Assembly (NCBI GenBank): GCA_963664405.1
Contig: OY761158.1
Span: 640,001-704,000 of the forward strand
Reading direction: 5' to 3'
DNA from: Thermoanaerobaculia bacterium
GTDB lineage: Bacteria > Acidobacteriota > Thermoanaerobaculia > Multivoradales > Multivoraceae
DNA length: 64,000 bases
Shown: positions 20,097 to 29,762 of the stretch, in pieces
How positions within the stretch are numbered: the stretch's first letter is position 1
Layout of the letters: every line of letters begins with the position of its first letter
Position numbers and translations under genes: made by a program
Notes under the pieces: generated by a model
The model's input: the letters and a program-made list of their open reading frames with translations, nothing else
Told to the model about the DNA's origin: nothing
Databases searched by the model: none

Positions 20097-21501
20097 GCCC
20101 CACGTCATCATCCTCGGAGGTGGCCCCGCCGGGTGCGGCGCCGCCTACAGCCTCCGACGAAGCGGAAAGGCGCGCGTAACGGTGATCGAGCAAGGGCCGG
20201 AAGTCGGCGGCAACGCGGGCAGTTTCCGCCTCGCCGACCAATGGGTCGACTTCGGCAGCCATCGCCTTCACCACGCCTGTTCGCAGACTGTACTGACCGA
20301 CATCCGAGGCTTTCTCGGTAGCGATTTGCGGAGGCGTGATCGCCACGGCCGCATCCGCCTGCGGCGACGGTGGATCCATTTTCCGTTGAAGGCCGGCGAC
20401 CTCCTTCTGCGCCTCGACCGAAAGTTCGCCCTTGGCGTTGCCTGGGATATGACTACACGCCTTGTGCCTCGGTCGCCCAGCGCAGAGAGCGCCACCTTCG
20501 CCTCGGTCTTGCGCGCTCAACTGGGCTCGACCATCTGCGAGGACTTCTACTTCCCGTACGCACGAAAGATCTGGGGACTCGAGCCTGAGAACATCTCCGC
20601 CGAACAGGCACGCAAAAGAGTTTCCGCCGGAACCTTCGTCAAGCTGTTGAAGCGGATCATCCGCCCGCCCGGAAATGGCACCTTCTTTTACCCTCGCCAG
20701 GGCTACGGCCAAATCACTCGAGCCTACGCGGCTGCCGCCGCAGATCTCGGCGCGGAGATCCGGCTCGGCACGCGGGTCGAGAGACTGCATCAGCCGGCCG
20801 ACAGTGCCGCACCTTGGTCGATCCAGATGCTGGACAGCAACGGCAACCGTGGCGCGCTCGAAGCCGACTACATCTTCTCAACGATCCCACTGACCCGACT
20901 CGCCGACCTGGCGCAGCCTTCTCCCCCTGCAAACGCCATGGCGGGAGCAAAGGCCCTCGATTACCGAGCGATGCTTCTGATCTATCTGCGGATCCCAGTC
21001 GATCGCTTTACCGAGACCGACGCTCACTACTTTCCCGAGTCCGACGTCAGTATCACCAGGCTCTCCGAGCCAAAAAACTACTTTGGTGTGGACGAGCCAA
21101 CCGGTAGCACGGTCCTCTGTGCGGAGCTACCCTGCTCCACCGAGGACCCGGCTTGGCGAATGACCGACGAGGAGCTAGGAGAACGGGTCAGCGAGGAGCT
21201 CACCCGAGTGGCCCTTCCGCTTCCGGCACCGCCTTCGGAGATCCATACACGCCGCCTACCCCATGCCTACCCCGTCTACCGACTCGGCTTCGAGGAGCCT
21301 TTCGAGAAACTCGACTCGTGGGCCTCGTCACTTCCTCGCTTCCTCAGTTTCGGGCGCCAAGGCCTGTTCGTTCACGACAATACTCACCACGCTCTGACCA
21401 TGGCCTACGCGGTGACTGAGTGTCTCGGGCCTGGAGGTATCGACCGAGAGCTCTGGAATTCCTACCGCCAAGAATTCGAGCAGCATGTAGTCGAGGATTA
21501 G
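20089..21501 (+). CDS. FAD-dependent oxidoreductase (HemY/UDP-galactopyranose mutase-like fold)
   Basis: ILGGGPAG, VGGNAGS, DFGSHR, AYPVY, GRQGLF...HH; GTG overlaps the upstream gene. Confidence 0.82.
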   Translation: MTKPHVIILGGGPAGCGAAYSLRRSGKARVTVIEQGPEVGGNAGSFRLADQWVDFGSHRLHHACSQTVLTDIRGFLGSDLRRRDRHGRIRLRRRWIHFPLKAGDLLLRLDRKFALGVAWDMTTRLVPRSPSAESATFASVLRAQLGSTICEDFYFPYARKIWGLEPENISAEQARKRVSAGTFVKLLKRIIRPPGNGTFFYPRQGYGQITRAYAAAAADLGAEIRLGTRVERLHQPADSAAPWSIQMLDSNGNRGALEADYIFSTIPLTRLADLAQPSPPANAMAGAKALDYRAMLLIYLRIPVDRFTETDAHYFPESDVSITRLSEPKNYFGVDEPTGSTVLCAELPCSTEDPAWRMTDEELGERVSEELTRVALPLPAPPSEIHTRRLPHAYPVYRLGFEEPFEKLDSWASSLPRFLSFGRQGLFVHDNTHHALTMAYAVTECLGPGGIDRELWNSYRQEFEQHVVED

Positions 21502-21505
21502 GCCT

Positions 21506-22471
21506 TTGACCACCGAGCAACTAAGCCGGACGCCGAGGCGACGCGTCGTACTTCGAGTCGCGGCAAGCATCGCGCTATTGGTGGCTCTCATCGCCGTGGT
21601 CCCGCGCGCAGAGCTCGTAGACGCGTTGCAGCGCGTGCCTTATTGGGGATGGGCACTCCTTTTGTGCACCTACCTCTCCGTCCACCTCCTTGGACTCGCC
21701 AAGTGGCGCACACTCCTAGTCGCGGCGCGCACCCCTGTACCCTGGACCGCCGCCGCCCAGTACTACTACTACGGCCTCTTCGGCAATATCTTTCTTCCAT
21801 CCGTGGTCGGAGGAGACGCGGTCCGTTTCGGCCTAGCGGTTCGTGGCGGCGCCAGAGCTGGCGGCATTCTCGTCGGCGGAGCCGTCGATCGCTTCTTCAC
21901 TATCGTAGCCCTGACCGCCCTTGCCGCTTTAGGAGCATGGAGGCTGCCCGCGGGCGCCGACCTGAAGCAGGAGCCGATCCTGCGAGCCACCGCTCTGCTA
22001 CTCAACCTGGCACTCTTTGCCGGGCTCGCAGCACTTTGGCTCTTCCCCGCCCGCGCTATGCCACGTCGACTGAGAAGAACGCTGATCGACATGCGCAGGT
22101 CACTTGCTGCCCTCTCACGACGCCCGGCCACGATCCTCTTCGCACTCACTATCGCGCTCACTATGCAAGGATGCCTGGTCGGCCTTTGTGCCTTGCTTTC
22201 CACCGCCCTCGGTTTCTCAATCCCCTTTTCGGTTTGGCTCTTCGTGTGGCCGCTCGCGAAGATCGCAGCAGCAGTGCCCATCACCCAGGGCGGCATCGGC
22301 GTTCGAGAAGCAACTCAGGTCGGCCTGTTCGCCGCGCTCGGCCTCCCCACCGTGGCTGCCCTCGCTGTCGGACTGGTTTTTCAAGCCACCGTCATCGGCG
22401 GCGGATTGGTCGCCGGAGGTTTGGCCCTGGCCCTGAGCCGGTGGGCGCCCTCGAGGCCGAGCGAAAACTGA
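21506..22471 (+). CDS. Lysylphosphatidylglycerol-synthase TM domain / flippase-like protein (UPF0104)
   Basis: FLPSVVGGDAVR, DR and PITQGGIGVRE motifs. Confidence 0.85.
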   Translation: MTTEQLSRTPRRRVVLRVAASIALLVALIAVVPRAELVDALQRVPYWGWALLLCTYLSVHLLGLAKWRTLLVAARTPVPWTAAAQYYYYGLFGNIFLPSVVGGDAVRFGLAVRGGARAGGILVGGAVDRFFTIVALTALAALGAWRLPAGADLKQEPILRATALLLNLALFAGLAALWLFPARAMPRRLRRTLIDMRRSLAALSRRPATILFALTIALTMQGCLVGLCALLSTALGFSIPFSVWLFVWPLAKIAAAVPITQGGIGVREATQVGLFAALGLPTVAALAVGLVFQATVIGGGLVAGGLALALSRWAPSRPSEN

Positions 22472-22497
22472 GTACCGGGTCACATGCCCAGCCGCCC

Positions 22498-23031
22498 TCA
22501 CTCAGCCAGCAGGGTGACACTCGAAGCTTGAGGCCCCTCTGCCCCCTGTTCTTCGGCATAACGCACTCGAGAGCCGAGCTTGACGTCGGCAAAATCACCG
22601 AGCACGCTGTTGCGGTGGAAGTAGACCACTCTTCCGTCCCGGGTCTGGAGAAAGCCGTAGCCACGATCGCTGAACAGCTTGTTGACCGTAGCCTCCGGGG
22701 CTTCGTCGTGGACCTTGGTCTCTCCACGCTGACGCTCGACGAAGTCGTGGATCTGCCGCTTCGCCGCATCGAAGGCGTCGCGGATCGCGATCATCAGCTC
22801 TTCCGCCGACTGATGTGAGACGACAATCTCCTTGCCGGGGACCCGAAGGTCGATGCGAACATCGAAAGGGCCACCGTTGCGGTGGTGTTCGCCGGGTCCC
22901 TCGAGGGTGACGTGACAGCGAATCAATCGCGGGTGAAAGCGTTCCAAAGCATCGGTGCGCTCCCGAAGTGTCTGCTCCAGGGAGTCGTTCAGATCAACGT
23001 GCCGAGCGGTGATCTCGAGAGGTACCTGCAA
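22498..23031 (-). CDS. HPF/RaiA ribosome-associated domain fused to a cold-shock domain
   Basis: TTG start with AGGAGG; QVPLEIT...VRIDLRVPG...AIRDAFDAA, then GYGFL...VYFHRNSV...GPQASSV. Confidence 0.88.
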   Translation of the reverse strand: MQVPLEITARHVDLNDSLEQTLRERTDALERFHPRLIRCHVTLEGPGEHHRNGGPFDVRIDLRVPGKEIVVSHQSAEELMIAIRDAFDAAKRQIHDFVERQRGETKVHDEAPEATVNKLFSDRGYGFLQTRDGRVVYFHRNSVLGDFADVKLGSRVRYAEEQGAEGPQASSVTLLAE

Positions 23032-23328
23032 AAGAAACCTCCTTCTGTCTGTCTCCGAGGCTGCCGACCTCCGACGTCCTCGAAGTAGGAAACGTTTAGG
23101 TCTCCGAGCCACGTACGGACCTCGGAGACGCCACCTAGTCAAAAACAATAGTAGCCCGTCGCAGCGATCAGCTCAAACCAGCGCAAGACTCCGGGCCGGC
23201 GCCTTGGACCGCTTCTCAGCGCGCTCGGCCCTCGCCCGCAGAAAGCTCGAGTGCGCCATGCGGGTCGGTGGCCGGGCGAAGCGCCGCTGACAAGATCGCC
23301 CAATCGGTATACTGCCGCCGGCCACGAT

Positions 23329-23724
23329 ATGTCTGTCTTCCCAGGCTCTTGTCTCTGCACTCGGGTGCAGTTCGAAATCACTTCTCCCACAAACTGGTGC
23401 GCGCATTGTCACTGCTCGATGTGCCAGAGAGCCCATGGCGCTGCCTTCGTCACCTGGGTGGGGGTTCCGCTCGAGCATTTCTCCTTGACACAAGGCGAGA
23501 CTAGCGTCCGCTGGTACGCGTCTTCCGATGACTCTCGCAGAGGCTTCTGCGATCTTTGCGGCAGCTCCCTCTTCTTTCGCTCAGAGCGCTGGCCCGGGGA
23601 GCTCCACGTTGTCAGGGCCAACATTCCAGGGGAGATCGACCGCGCGCCGGATGGGAATGCCTACAGCGAGTCCAGAGTCAGCTGGGCTCGGACCGACGAG
23701 ATCGAAGACCCCTCCACCACATGA
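23329..23724 (+). CDS. GFA (CENP-V/glutathione-dependent formaldehyde-activating) family protein
   Basis: GSCLC, CHCSMCQRAHG, FCDLCGS. Confidence 0.88.
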   Translation: MSVFPGSCLCTRVQFEITSPTNWCAHCHCSMCQRAHGAAFVTWVGVPLEHFSLTQGETSVRWYASSDDSRRGFCDLCGSSLFFRSERWPGELHVVRANIPGEIDRAPDGNAYSESRVSWARTDEIEDPSTT

Positions 23725-23835
23725 CTGCGGACAGCGGCTCGGGCCGAGAAAGAATCTGCGTCTTCGCCAGTTTCCAACAGCACCAGCCGCCGAAGGCCCC
23801 CAGTTGGGTCGGCCGACCTCAGACCTGAAGCCCGA

Positions 23836-25311
23836 TCATCTCTTCATCTCGTCCAAGAGACGCAGGGCCGGGGCTCGCACGAAAGCGTAATTCGGGTGCA
23901 GACCGTTCCAGGCGGCGGCCTTTTCGAGCAACTCCTGCGCTTGCTCCCCCTCGCCCTTGCCCAGGCTTGCAAGGGCAAGGAGATAGAGCGTGCGCGGATC
24001 CAATTGACTCGCCTGCTCGAGATGGGCCTGTGCAGAGCCGAAGTCTCCGCGCTCCAAGGCCAGAAGAGCCTCGAGCTCGTGGTACTGCCAGACCTCGCTG
24101 GGAACGGGGCTCAACCGAGCCTGCGCCCCGTATTCATCGGCCTTGATCTGAGCCGAGGCGGCGTCGCCGCGGCCAAGCGCGGCCCGAGCCAGGGCGTAGA
24201 GGTGATTGCGCCGAGTAGCAGCCTTGACGGCATTCGGAGCGTCCGAACCCTCCATCGTTATCAACGCTTCACCGAAACTCTCTTCAGCTGCCTCGGCGCG
24301 CCCGGCCTCGAGCAAGACCTGCCCCATCTGGATCAGGTCGAGGGCCATCGAGCTGGCATCTTGACTCGACTGCGAGATCTCGTATCGCCGCCCGATCTCG
24401 CCAAGCGCCGCCTCAAAGTCTCCCTCGAAGAGAAACGAGCGCGACCGACAAGTCAGCGCCTGCCGGCGCTCCCCATCGTTGCGTGCCAGCTCGTAGAAAA
24501 CATCACAAGTGCGACGCGACGCCTCGGAATCTCCGAGCAGGATCTGATTGAGCGAAATACCGCCGTGCGAAGCGACGAAGAAACGGTCGGCCTCGAGCGC
24601 TCGCCGATAGTTCTCGATCGACTCTTCGAAGCGGCCGATCTTCATCAGCAGCTCTGCGTACGAATCGTAGGGGTTGGGCTCGGACGGGACTAACTCGATG
24701 TACTGTCTGAAAGCCTCCTCAGCCGCCGCATAGTCTCCGAGAAAGCGCAGTGAATAACCGAGCTGATTGTATGGCTGCGCGAAGGCAGGATTGATCTCGG
24801 TAGCCCGTCGATAGTGCTCCGCGGCAGAACCATACTCCTGACGACCGAAGTAAAAAGCGGCCAGGGCTGCATGGGCGCGCTCGTCCAGCGGGAAGTCTCG
24901 TACCAAGGCATCGGCATGTTCCCGTGCCACCACCGGATCACGATTGACCCCGGCCGCGAAGGCGAGGATCTGATGGCGTTCACCGTCGGACGCAAGCCCG
25001 GCCAGTTCGACCGACCGCTCGAGGTGTGAGAAAAAGACGCTCCCGGTCGGAGAGCTCTGAGCAGCCCCGAGGTGGGCGAGCGCAAACTCCTCGTCTTCGG
25101 CCAACGCTTTTAGAAAATACGGGTGAGCCTCGGTAGCACGTAGATTCTCCTGTAAGGCACGACCTTCGAGGTAAAGAGCTCGTGCTTCACGCGAAATCGT
25201 GCTGATGGGAATCTTCTGGGCGCCATCCCCACCCGGCTCGGCCACCTCCGGCGGTGAGCATGCAGCAAGGATGGCGAGCAGGAAGAGCGCACTGGCCGCG
25301 GGCAATCTCAT
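23836..25311 (-). CDS. TPR-repeat lipoprotein
   Basis: Lipobox LAAC; repeated TPR helices; NPYDSYAELL. Confidence 0.85.
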   Translation of the reverse strand: MRLPAASALFLLAILAACSPPEVAEPGGDGAQKIPISTISREARALYLEGRALQENLRATEAHPYFLKALAEDEEFALAHLGAAQSSPTGSVFFSHLERSVELAGLASDGERHQILAFAAGVNRDPVVAREHADALVRDFPLDERAHAALAAFYFGRQEYGSAAEHYRRATEINPAFAQPYNQLGYSLRFLGDYAAAEEAFRQYIELVPSEPNPYDSYAELLMKIGRFEESIENYRRALEADRFFVASHGGISLNQILLGDSEASRRTCDVFYELARNDGERRQALTCRSRSFLFEGDFEAALGEIGRRYEISQSSQDASSMALDLIQMGQVLLEAGRAEAAEESFGEALITMEGSDAPNAVKAATRRNHLYALARAALGRGDAASAQIKADEYGAQARLSPVPSEVWQYHELEALLALERGDFGSAQAHLEQASQLDPRTLYLLALASLGKGEGEQAQELLEKAAAWNGLHPNYAFVRAPALRLLDEMKR

Positions 25312-25476
25312 CTAGTGTCCTGTACCAGTAGTTCGTCACACAACTCGCTGGCCCTTTTGCGCACTGCCGTCGTTACTCCTCCTCGCAATATTGCCCAATA
25401 TGCCTTCGTCGTAGCGCCTTGGCAGCACCCAAAATGACTGCGCGATTTCTGCAACGACACTGATACAGGACACTAG
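25312..25476. mobile_element. 165-bp MITE-like element, diverged family member
   Basis: CTAGTGTCCTGTACCAGT ... ACTGATACAGGACACTAG termini; shared core TATTGCCCAATATGCCT.CGTCG; same length as 31743-31907. Confidence 0.75.
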
Positions 25477-26216
25477 AGCTTCAAGCTCATGCCGTCTTCG
25501 GCGCACTCCATGTCGACGCTATCCAACCGTTCCAACATGTCGGCTCCGAGATGAGTCAGTATCAGGCGGCGACACTCGAGACGATCCTTGCGCCGTACGA
25601 GCTCTCGATAATCGAGGTGGTACGGAGCTCGAGGCTCGAAGTGAGAGCACTCGCAGATGAAGAGGTCAGCCTGACGGGCGGCGTCGACGAGACTTTCGGT
25701 CCACTCCGTATCACCCGAGAAGGCAACCACCCGATCCTCGCAACTCAATCGCAGCGCGTAAGAGGGGGCGCCACTGGGATGAGAAACCTCGAAGGGGAGG
25801 ACCTCGACCTCCGCCACCGTCGCCGAGCGACCCGCTTCGAGCTCGAGAAAGCCGAGCGGGAAACTCTCATTCGCGTTCACTGAGCCTGGATAGAGAAGCT
25901 CCATGGCCGCTTCGACACGTTTCTTGACACCGGGTGGACCCGCAATCGTCAGCGGCTTCGCGCGCTTGCTGACGTGGCGCGCGTCGAGCATGAAAAAGGG
26001 GATGCCGGCGAAGTGATCGCCATGAAGATGACTCAGAACGATCGCGTCGACCTCGTTGGGGTCGACGCCGAAGCGCCTGATGGCCATCATCGCCGACGCT
26101 CCGCAGTCGATCAACACTCGGCAGGCCTCGGAGCTCAGCGAGATGCAAGTGTGAAAGCGGCCACCGCTTCCCATCGCATCTCCGCAGCCCAAGAACTGAA
26201 CTTCGACCTCGCTCAA
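25473..26216 (-). CDS. MBL-fold metallo-hydrolase (RNase Z/BN-like)
   Basis: FLGCGDA, IDCG, SHLHGDH, FSGDT, LTH. Confidence 0.88.
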   Translation of the reverse strand: MSEVEVQFLGCGDAMGSGGRFHTCISLSSEACRVLIDCGASAMMAIRRFGVDPNEVDAIVLSHLHGDHFAGIPFFMLDARHVSKRAKPLTIAGPPGVKKRVEAAMELLYPGSVNANESFPLGFLELEAGRSATVAEVEVLPFEVSHPSGAPSYALRLSCEDRVVAFSGDTEWTESLVDAARQADLFICECSHFEPRAPYHLDYRELVRRKDRLECRRLILTHLGADMLERLDSVDMECAEDGMSLKL

Positions 26217-26455
26217 ACCGTTCCTCCTCGCCGCCGCCCACCCGGTAACTCGCCGACGCCCGCAGATACTATCGCGGCGGGGACGTCAACCCGCTACCTA
26301 GTCAGCCCTCTGCTGCGGCCAGGTTGCGGCGCGTTCGCGCCTCTATCCGTTCGAATCGCCCAGCCTCGAAGTCCTCGGGGCAACACAAGATCGCGCTCGC
26401 TTTGCGGCTTCCAAACAGCGAACGACCTTGTCTGCCTTTCATTGCGGTCCTCTTT

Positions 26456-27901
26456 CTAATAGGCGCCCTTGCCTCGCAGCACAGCGCCGAGGGTTCGACC
26501 CAGAATGTAGAGGTCGAGCCAGACCGACCAGTTTCGTAGGTAGTAAGTATCGAAAGACTGTTGCTCTTCGACGCTTCCCTCACTGCGCACCATGACCTGC
26601 CAGAGACCGGTGATGCCTGGCCGCATCCTCTGGCGCAACTCCAGGAAGTCCGGAGCGAAGCTACTGAGGTGATAGCCGGGAAACGGGCGAGGACCCACCA
26701 GGCTCATATCTCCCTTCCACACGTTGAAAAGCTGCGGAAGCTCGTCCAGGCTGAAGCGCCGAAGCAGGCGACCCACCAACGGAACCAGCCGTGGGTCGTC
26801 GCGGAGCTTGAAGCTACGATTCCACTCCCGCTGCTGCTCAGGGTGACCGGCCAAATGCTCTTCGAGAAGCCGCTCGGCATCGACCTGCATCGTGCGAATC
26901 TTGAGCACTCCAAAGGTGCGACCACCTAGGCCGGACCTCTCCTGAGAGAACAGGGGCCAGCCGCGGCTGACGAGTCTGACCAACACCGCCGCCAGCAGGA
27001 CGACCGGCGCCGCCAGGATCAGGCCCAGAGACGACGCAACGAGGTCGAGAAGCCGCTTGGCGAAGCGGTTGTGCGGGCGCAGAAGACTGCTGGTGTACTC
27101 GATCGTGAGCACCCCTCCAAGATTCCTCAGCTGAGCGCCCTCAACTGGTAAGTGCTCATACTCACGAAAAGTCACGACGCGGTAAAAGTGCTTCTGGAGC
27201 ACGTCGAGAGTCGCTTCCGCAGGAAGCGTTTCATTGGCCAGAATTGCAACCTGGACACCTTGGCGCGCCAGCTCACTGGCGGCCTCGAGGCCACCCATGA
27301 TCTCGACATTCTCGATCCTGCCCGGCTTGCTCCCCGCTGGCTCGCTCCAGCCCGGGTCGATCACAGCGACGGGCCGATAGTCTCGCTGCTCCGCCTCTTC
27401 CAGAGACAGGATGGTACGAGCCACCAGCGGGCGGGCTCCGATCACTACGACAGGCTCTCGCCACCACGATCGACCCGAGACCGCCCGCAGCATCAAAGCT
27501 CGGCAAGCCGGGACCAAGATCAGCCCTAGCAAGAGGCCGATGCCGAAGGTCATGCGGGAGTAGAGCTGGGGCAACTTGACCGCGAAGGTGATCGATGAAA
27601 GCACGAGAAAACCGAAGCCGGTGACATACGAGCTCCGGCGAAGAGTCTCGACAGGACCCAAGCCCAAACCGGGATAGAGGTCGGCGGCGAGATAACCGGC
27701 CAGGAAGAGAGCGAAGAGAGGCGCGAGGCCCAAATAGAGGTCCGCTGACTGGCCGCGAACCGGCTTCGCCCACAACAGGTAGGCCAGAAACCCCGCAAGG
27801 AGCAGGCCGAAAAGATCGGAGACTGCGAGCAGCGCGACCCTCAGCGTCCGGGCCCAAAAGGGGTTCAAAGAAGGCAGAGCTACGTCGACTTGCTCTACCA
27901 C
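26456..27901 (-). CDS. WbaP/WcaJ-family polyprenyl-phosphate glycosylphosphotransferase
   Basis: KRLLD, KIRTM, DDPR, SLDELPQLFNV, MSLVGPRP, PGITGLWQV. Confidence 0.92.
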   Translation of the reverse strand: MVEQVDVALPSLNPFWARTLRVALLAVSDLFGLLLAGFLAYLLWAKPVRGQSADLYLGLAPLFALFLAGYLAADLYPGLGLGPVETLRRSSYVTGFGFLVLSSITFAVKLPQLYSRMTFGIGLLLGLILVPACRALMLRAVSGRSWWREPVVVIGARPLVARTILSLEEAEQRDYRPVAVIDPGWSEPAGSKPGRIENVEIMGGLEAASELARQGVQVAILANETLPAEATLDVLQKHFYRVVTFREYEHLPVEGAQLRNLGGVLTIEYTSSLLRPHNRFAKRLLDLVASSLGLILAAPVVLLAAVLVRLVSRGWPLFSQERSGLGGRTFGVLKIRTMQVDAERLLEEHLAGHPEQQREWNRSFKLRDDPRLVPLVGRLLRRFSLDELPQLFNVWKGDMSLVGPRPFPGYHLSSFAPDFLELRQRMRPGITGLWQVMVRSEGSVEEQQSFDTYYLRNWSVWLDLYILGRTLGAVLRGKGAY

Positions 27902-27906
27902 CGTTT

Positions 27907-29718
27907 CTACCCAGCGGACGCGGGAGGGGTAGGGAGACTCAATCTCTTGTCCTTCGCGACTTCGAGAAAAACGATCGGCTCACCGAGATAGCGTACCGCT
28001 AATCCGGCTAGGGTTCCCTCCAAGGCTTCGGTCGGGAGTGCATTGCGGGCAAGGAAGACGCGGCGTCCGCCATCGAGCAGTGCATCGATCGTCTCTCGCA
28101 TCGCGACCGCTTCGTCGAGAGCCGGATTGAGAATCACGATATCTCTCTGTAGCTGAAGAGGACCGAGAGCGTCTTTGATACCGGACCGGGCGAAAACCGC
28201 CGAGCCGTCGACCAGGAAGGGCCCGAGTCGTTTCTGATACTCGTAACGAGAACGCCGGAGACTGCGCGAAGCAGGAAGATCGTCTGCCAGATGCACCATC
28301 AGGGCCCAGGCCAGAGTAGCTCCCAAGACCACGCTCATCGCGAGAGCGGTACTGCGGCGGGCTCGTGCAACGAGCCAGGCGACGGCGAGGAGGAGCGCGA
28401 GAGCGAGGGGCGCCCTCAGCAACACGAGTTGGGCCACCGCAGAGTCGGCCTCGAGCAGCACGAGCGCGGGTATCGCGGCGAGAGCACCGAGAAGAGCGCC
28501 GCCCAAGATCCACTCTCTGCGTAGGGAGACCCCGTCGGCCGCCCAGGCGAGTAACACCGCCATCAGTGGCACCAACTCGTGGAAGTAGCGCTGGTTGAAG
28601 CAAAAACCGTCGGTCCGGTAGATGCCGGAGGTCGAGAACATGAGCAGGGTCAGGACCACGGGGATGGAGAGCAGGCGCAGCTCCTGCTGTGGAGTCGCAC
28701 CGAGAACCCTGCGGAATCCGGATGGAGGCAGCCAGGCCAGCACGACAAGTAGCAAAGGCAACACCATCCACGGGCTCGACTGAAGCCAGGCCTTCTTGAC
28801 CGCACCCACCACCATGTAAGCGCCGGTCGTCGGATCAGGCTGCAAGAAGCTCTCGACGGCCGAGCCTGTCATCGGCGGACGGAAAGAATAGTCCACCACC
28901 CTCGCCCAGGCCATCTTGACTGCGTCCGTGAGAGCGTCGCCGCTCGAAAGAGTCCGGGTCGAGGGCAGGTAGCCCGGCCCCTTGCTGATCGGATTCCAAT
29001 AGCCCATTCGTAGGCCGTTGAGAACGGAGCTCATGGCCAGGGGTATCGCAAGACCGAAACCGTAGGCGCTCGCGAGGCGGAAGCGCCGCGGCGCGAGCAG
29101 CACCAAACCCAAACCGAGAGCGGCGGCGAACAGAATATTCTGATAGCGAACCCCAGTCGCTATGCCCACCGAGATCCCTGCAACGAGGGCCCAGCGAAGC
29201 TGTTGCTCATGCCAGGCCCGACTTGCTGCAACAACTGCCGCGGAGCATAGAAAGACCGTGAGCATATGAGGCCAGACGCCCTGCGCGTACTCGAGCGAGT
29301 AACTCCCCAGGGCGAAGGCGAACGCCGCGATCCACGGGGTCATCGGGCCTGAGCTATGACGACGAGCGTAGGCAAAGACGAGCAGTACCGTGGCCAGAAA
29401 GCACAGCGTGTTCAAGGCCACGAGACCGCGCCAGCCGAGAAGAGAGAAAGGCGCAGCGATAAAAGAATAGAGGGGCGGAACATTCGAGACCACTGGGGTT
29501 TCGAGAACCTGCCGGGAGCTGCCGGCCGGATCGAAGTAGAGGAGCTCTCTGCTCGGCGGCAAACCCTCTGTACCTGGCACCGTCAGACGGCCTTCCATGA
29601 GGCCGACAACGGTCACCAAGTAGTTGTTTTCGTCGATACTGAAGGGGCCAGGAACTAGACTGGCGGTGAGGACGGATCCCAGAACAAGCAGGGCAAGCAG
29701 AAGGCTCCGGGGGAACAC
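27907..29718 (-). CDS. Multi-pass membrane protein, probable GT-C fold transferase
   Basis: DE motif after the first TM, PPLYS, NQRYF, more than 10 hydrophobic helices; directly upstream of the WbaP-like gene. Confidence 0.6.
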   Translation of the reverse strand: MFPRSLLLALLVLGSVLTASLVPGPFSIDENNYLVTVVGLMEGRLTVPGTEGLPPSRELLYFDPAGSSRQVLETPVVSNVPPLYSFIAAPFSLLGWRGLVALNTLCFLATVLLVFAYARRHSSGPMTPWIAAFAFALGSYSLEYAQGVWPHMLTVFLCSAAVVAASRAWHEQQLRWALVAGISVGIATGVRYQNILFAAALGLGLVLLAPRRFRLASAYGFGLAIPLAMSSVLNGLRMGYWNPISKGPGYLPSTRTLSSGDALTDAVKMAWARVVDYSFRPPMTGSAVESFLQPDPTTGAYMVVGAVKKAWLQSSPWMVLPLLLVVLAWLPPSGFRRVLGATPQQELRLLSIPVVLTLLMFSTSGIYRTDGFCFNQRYFHELVPLMAVLLAWAADGVSLRREWILGGALLGALAAIPALVLLEADSAVAQLVLLRAPLALALLLAVAWLVARARRSTALAMSVVLGATLAWALMVHLADDLPASRSLRRSRYEYQKRLGPFLVDGSAVFARSGIKDALGPLQLQRDIVILNPALDEAVAMRETIDALLDGGRRVFLARNALPTEALEGTLAGLAVRYLGEPIVFLEVAKDKRLSLPTPPASAG

Positions 29719-29762
29719 TCGGCGACCGTAGCACGCGCCTGTAGAGGGTACAATTCAGCCCC

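Noticed and set aside
23040-23320. Riboswitch or ncRNA in the hairpin-rich HPF-GFA intergenic region
   Set aside because: Short GC-rich inverted repeats are present, but no recognisable family motif or second copy was seen; not supportable without an Rfam scan.
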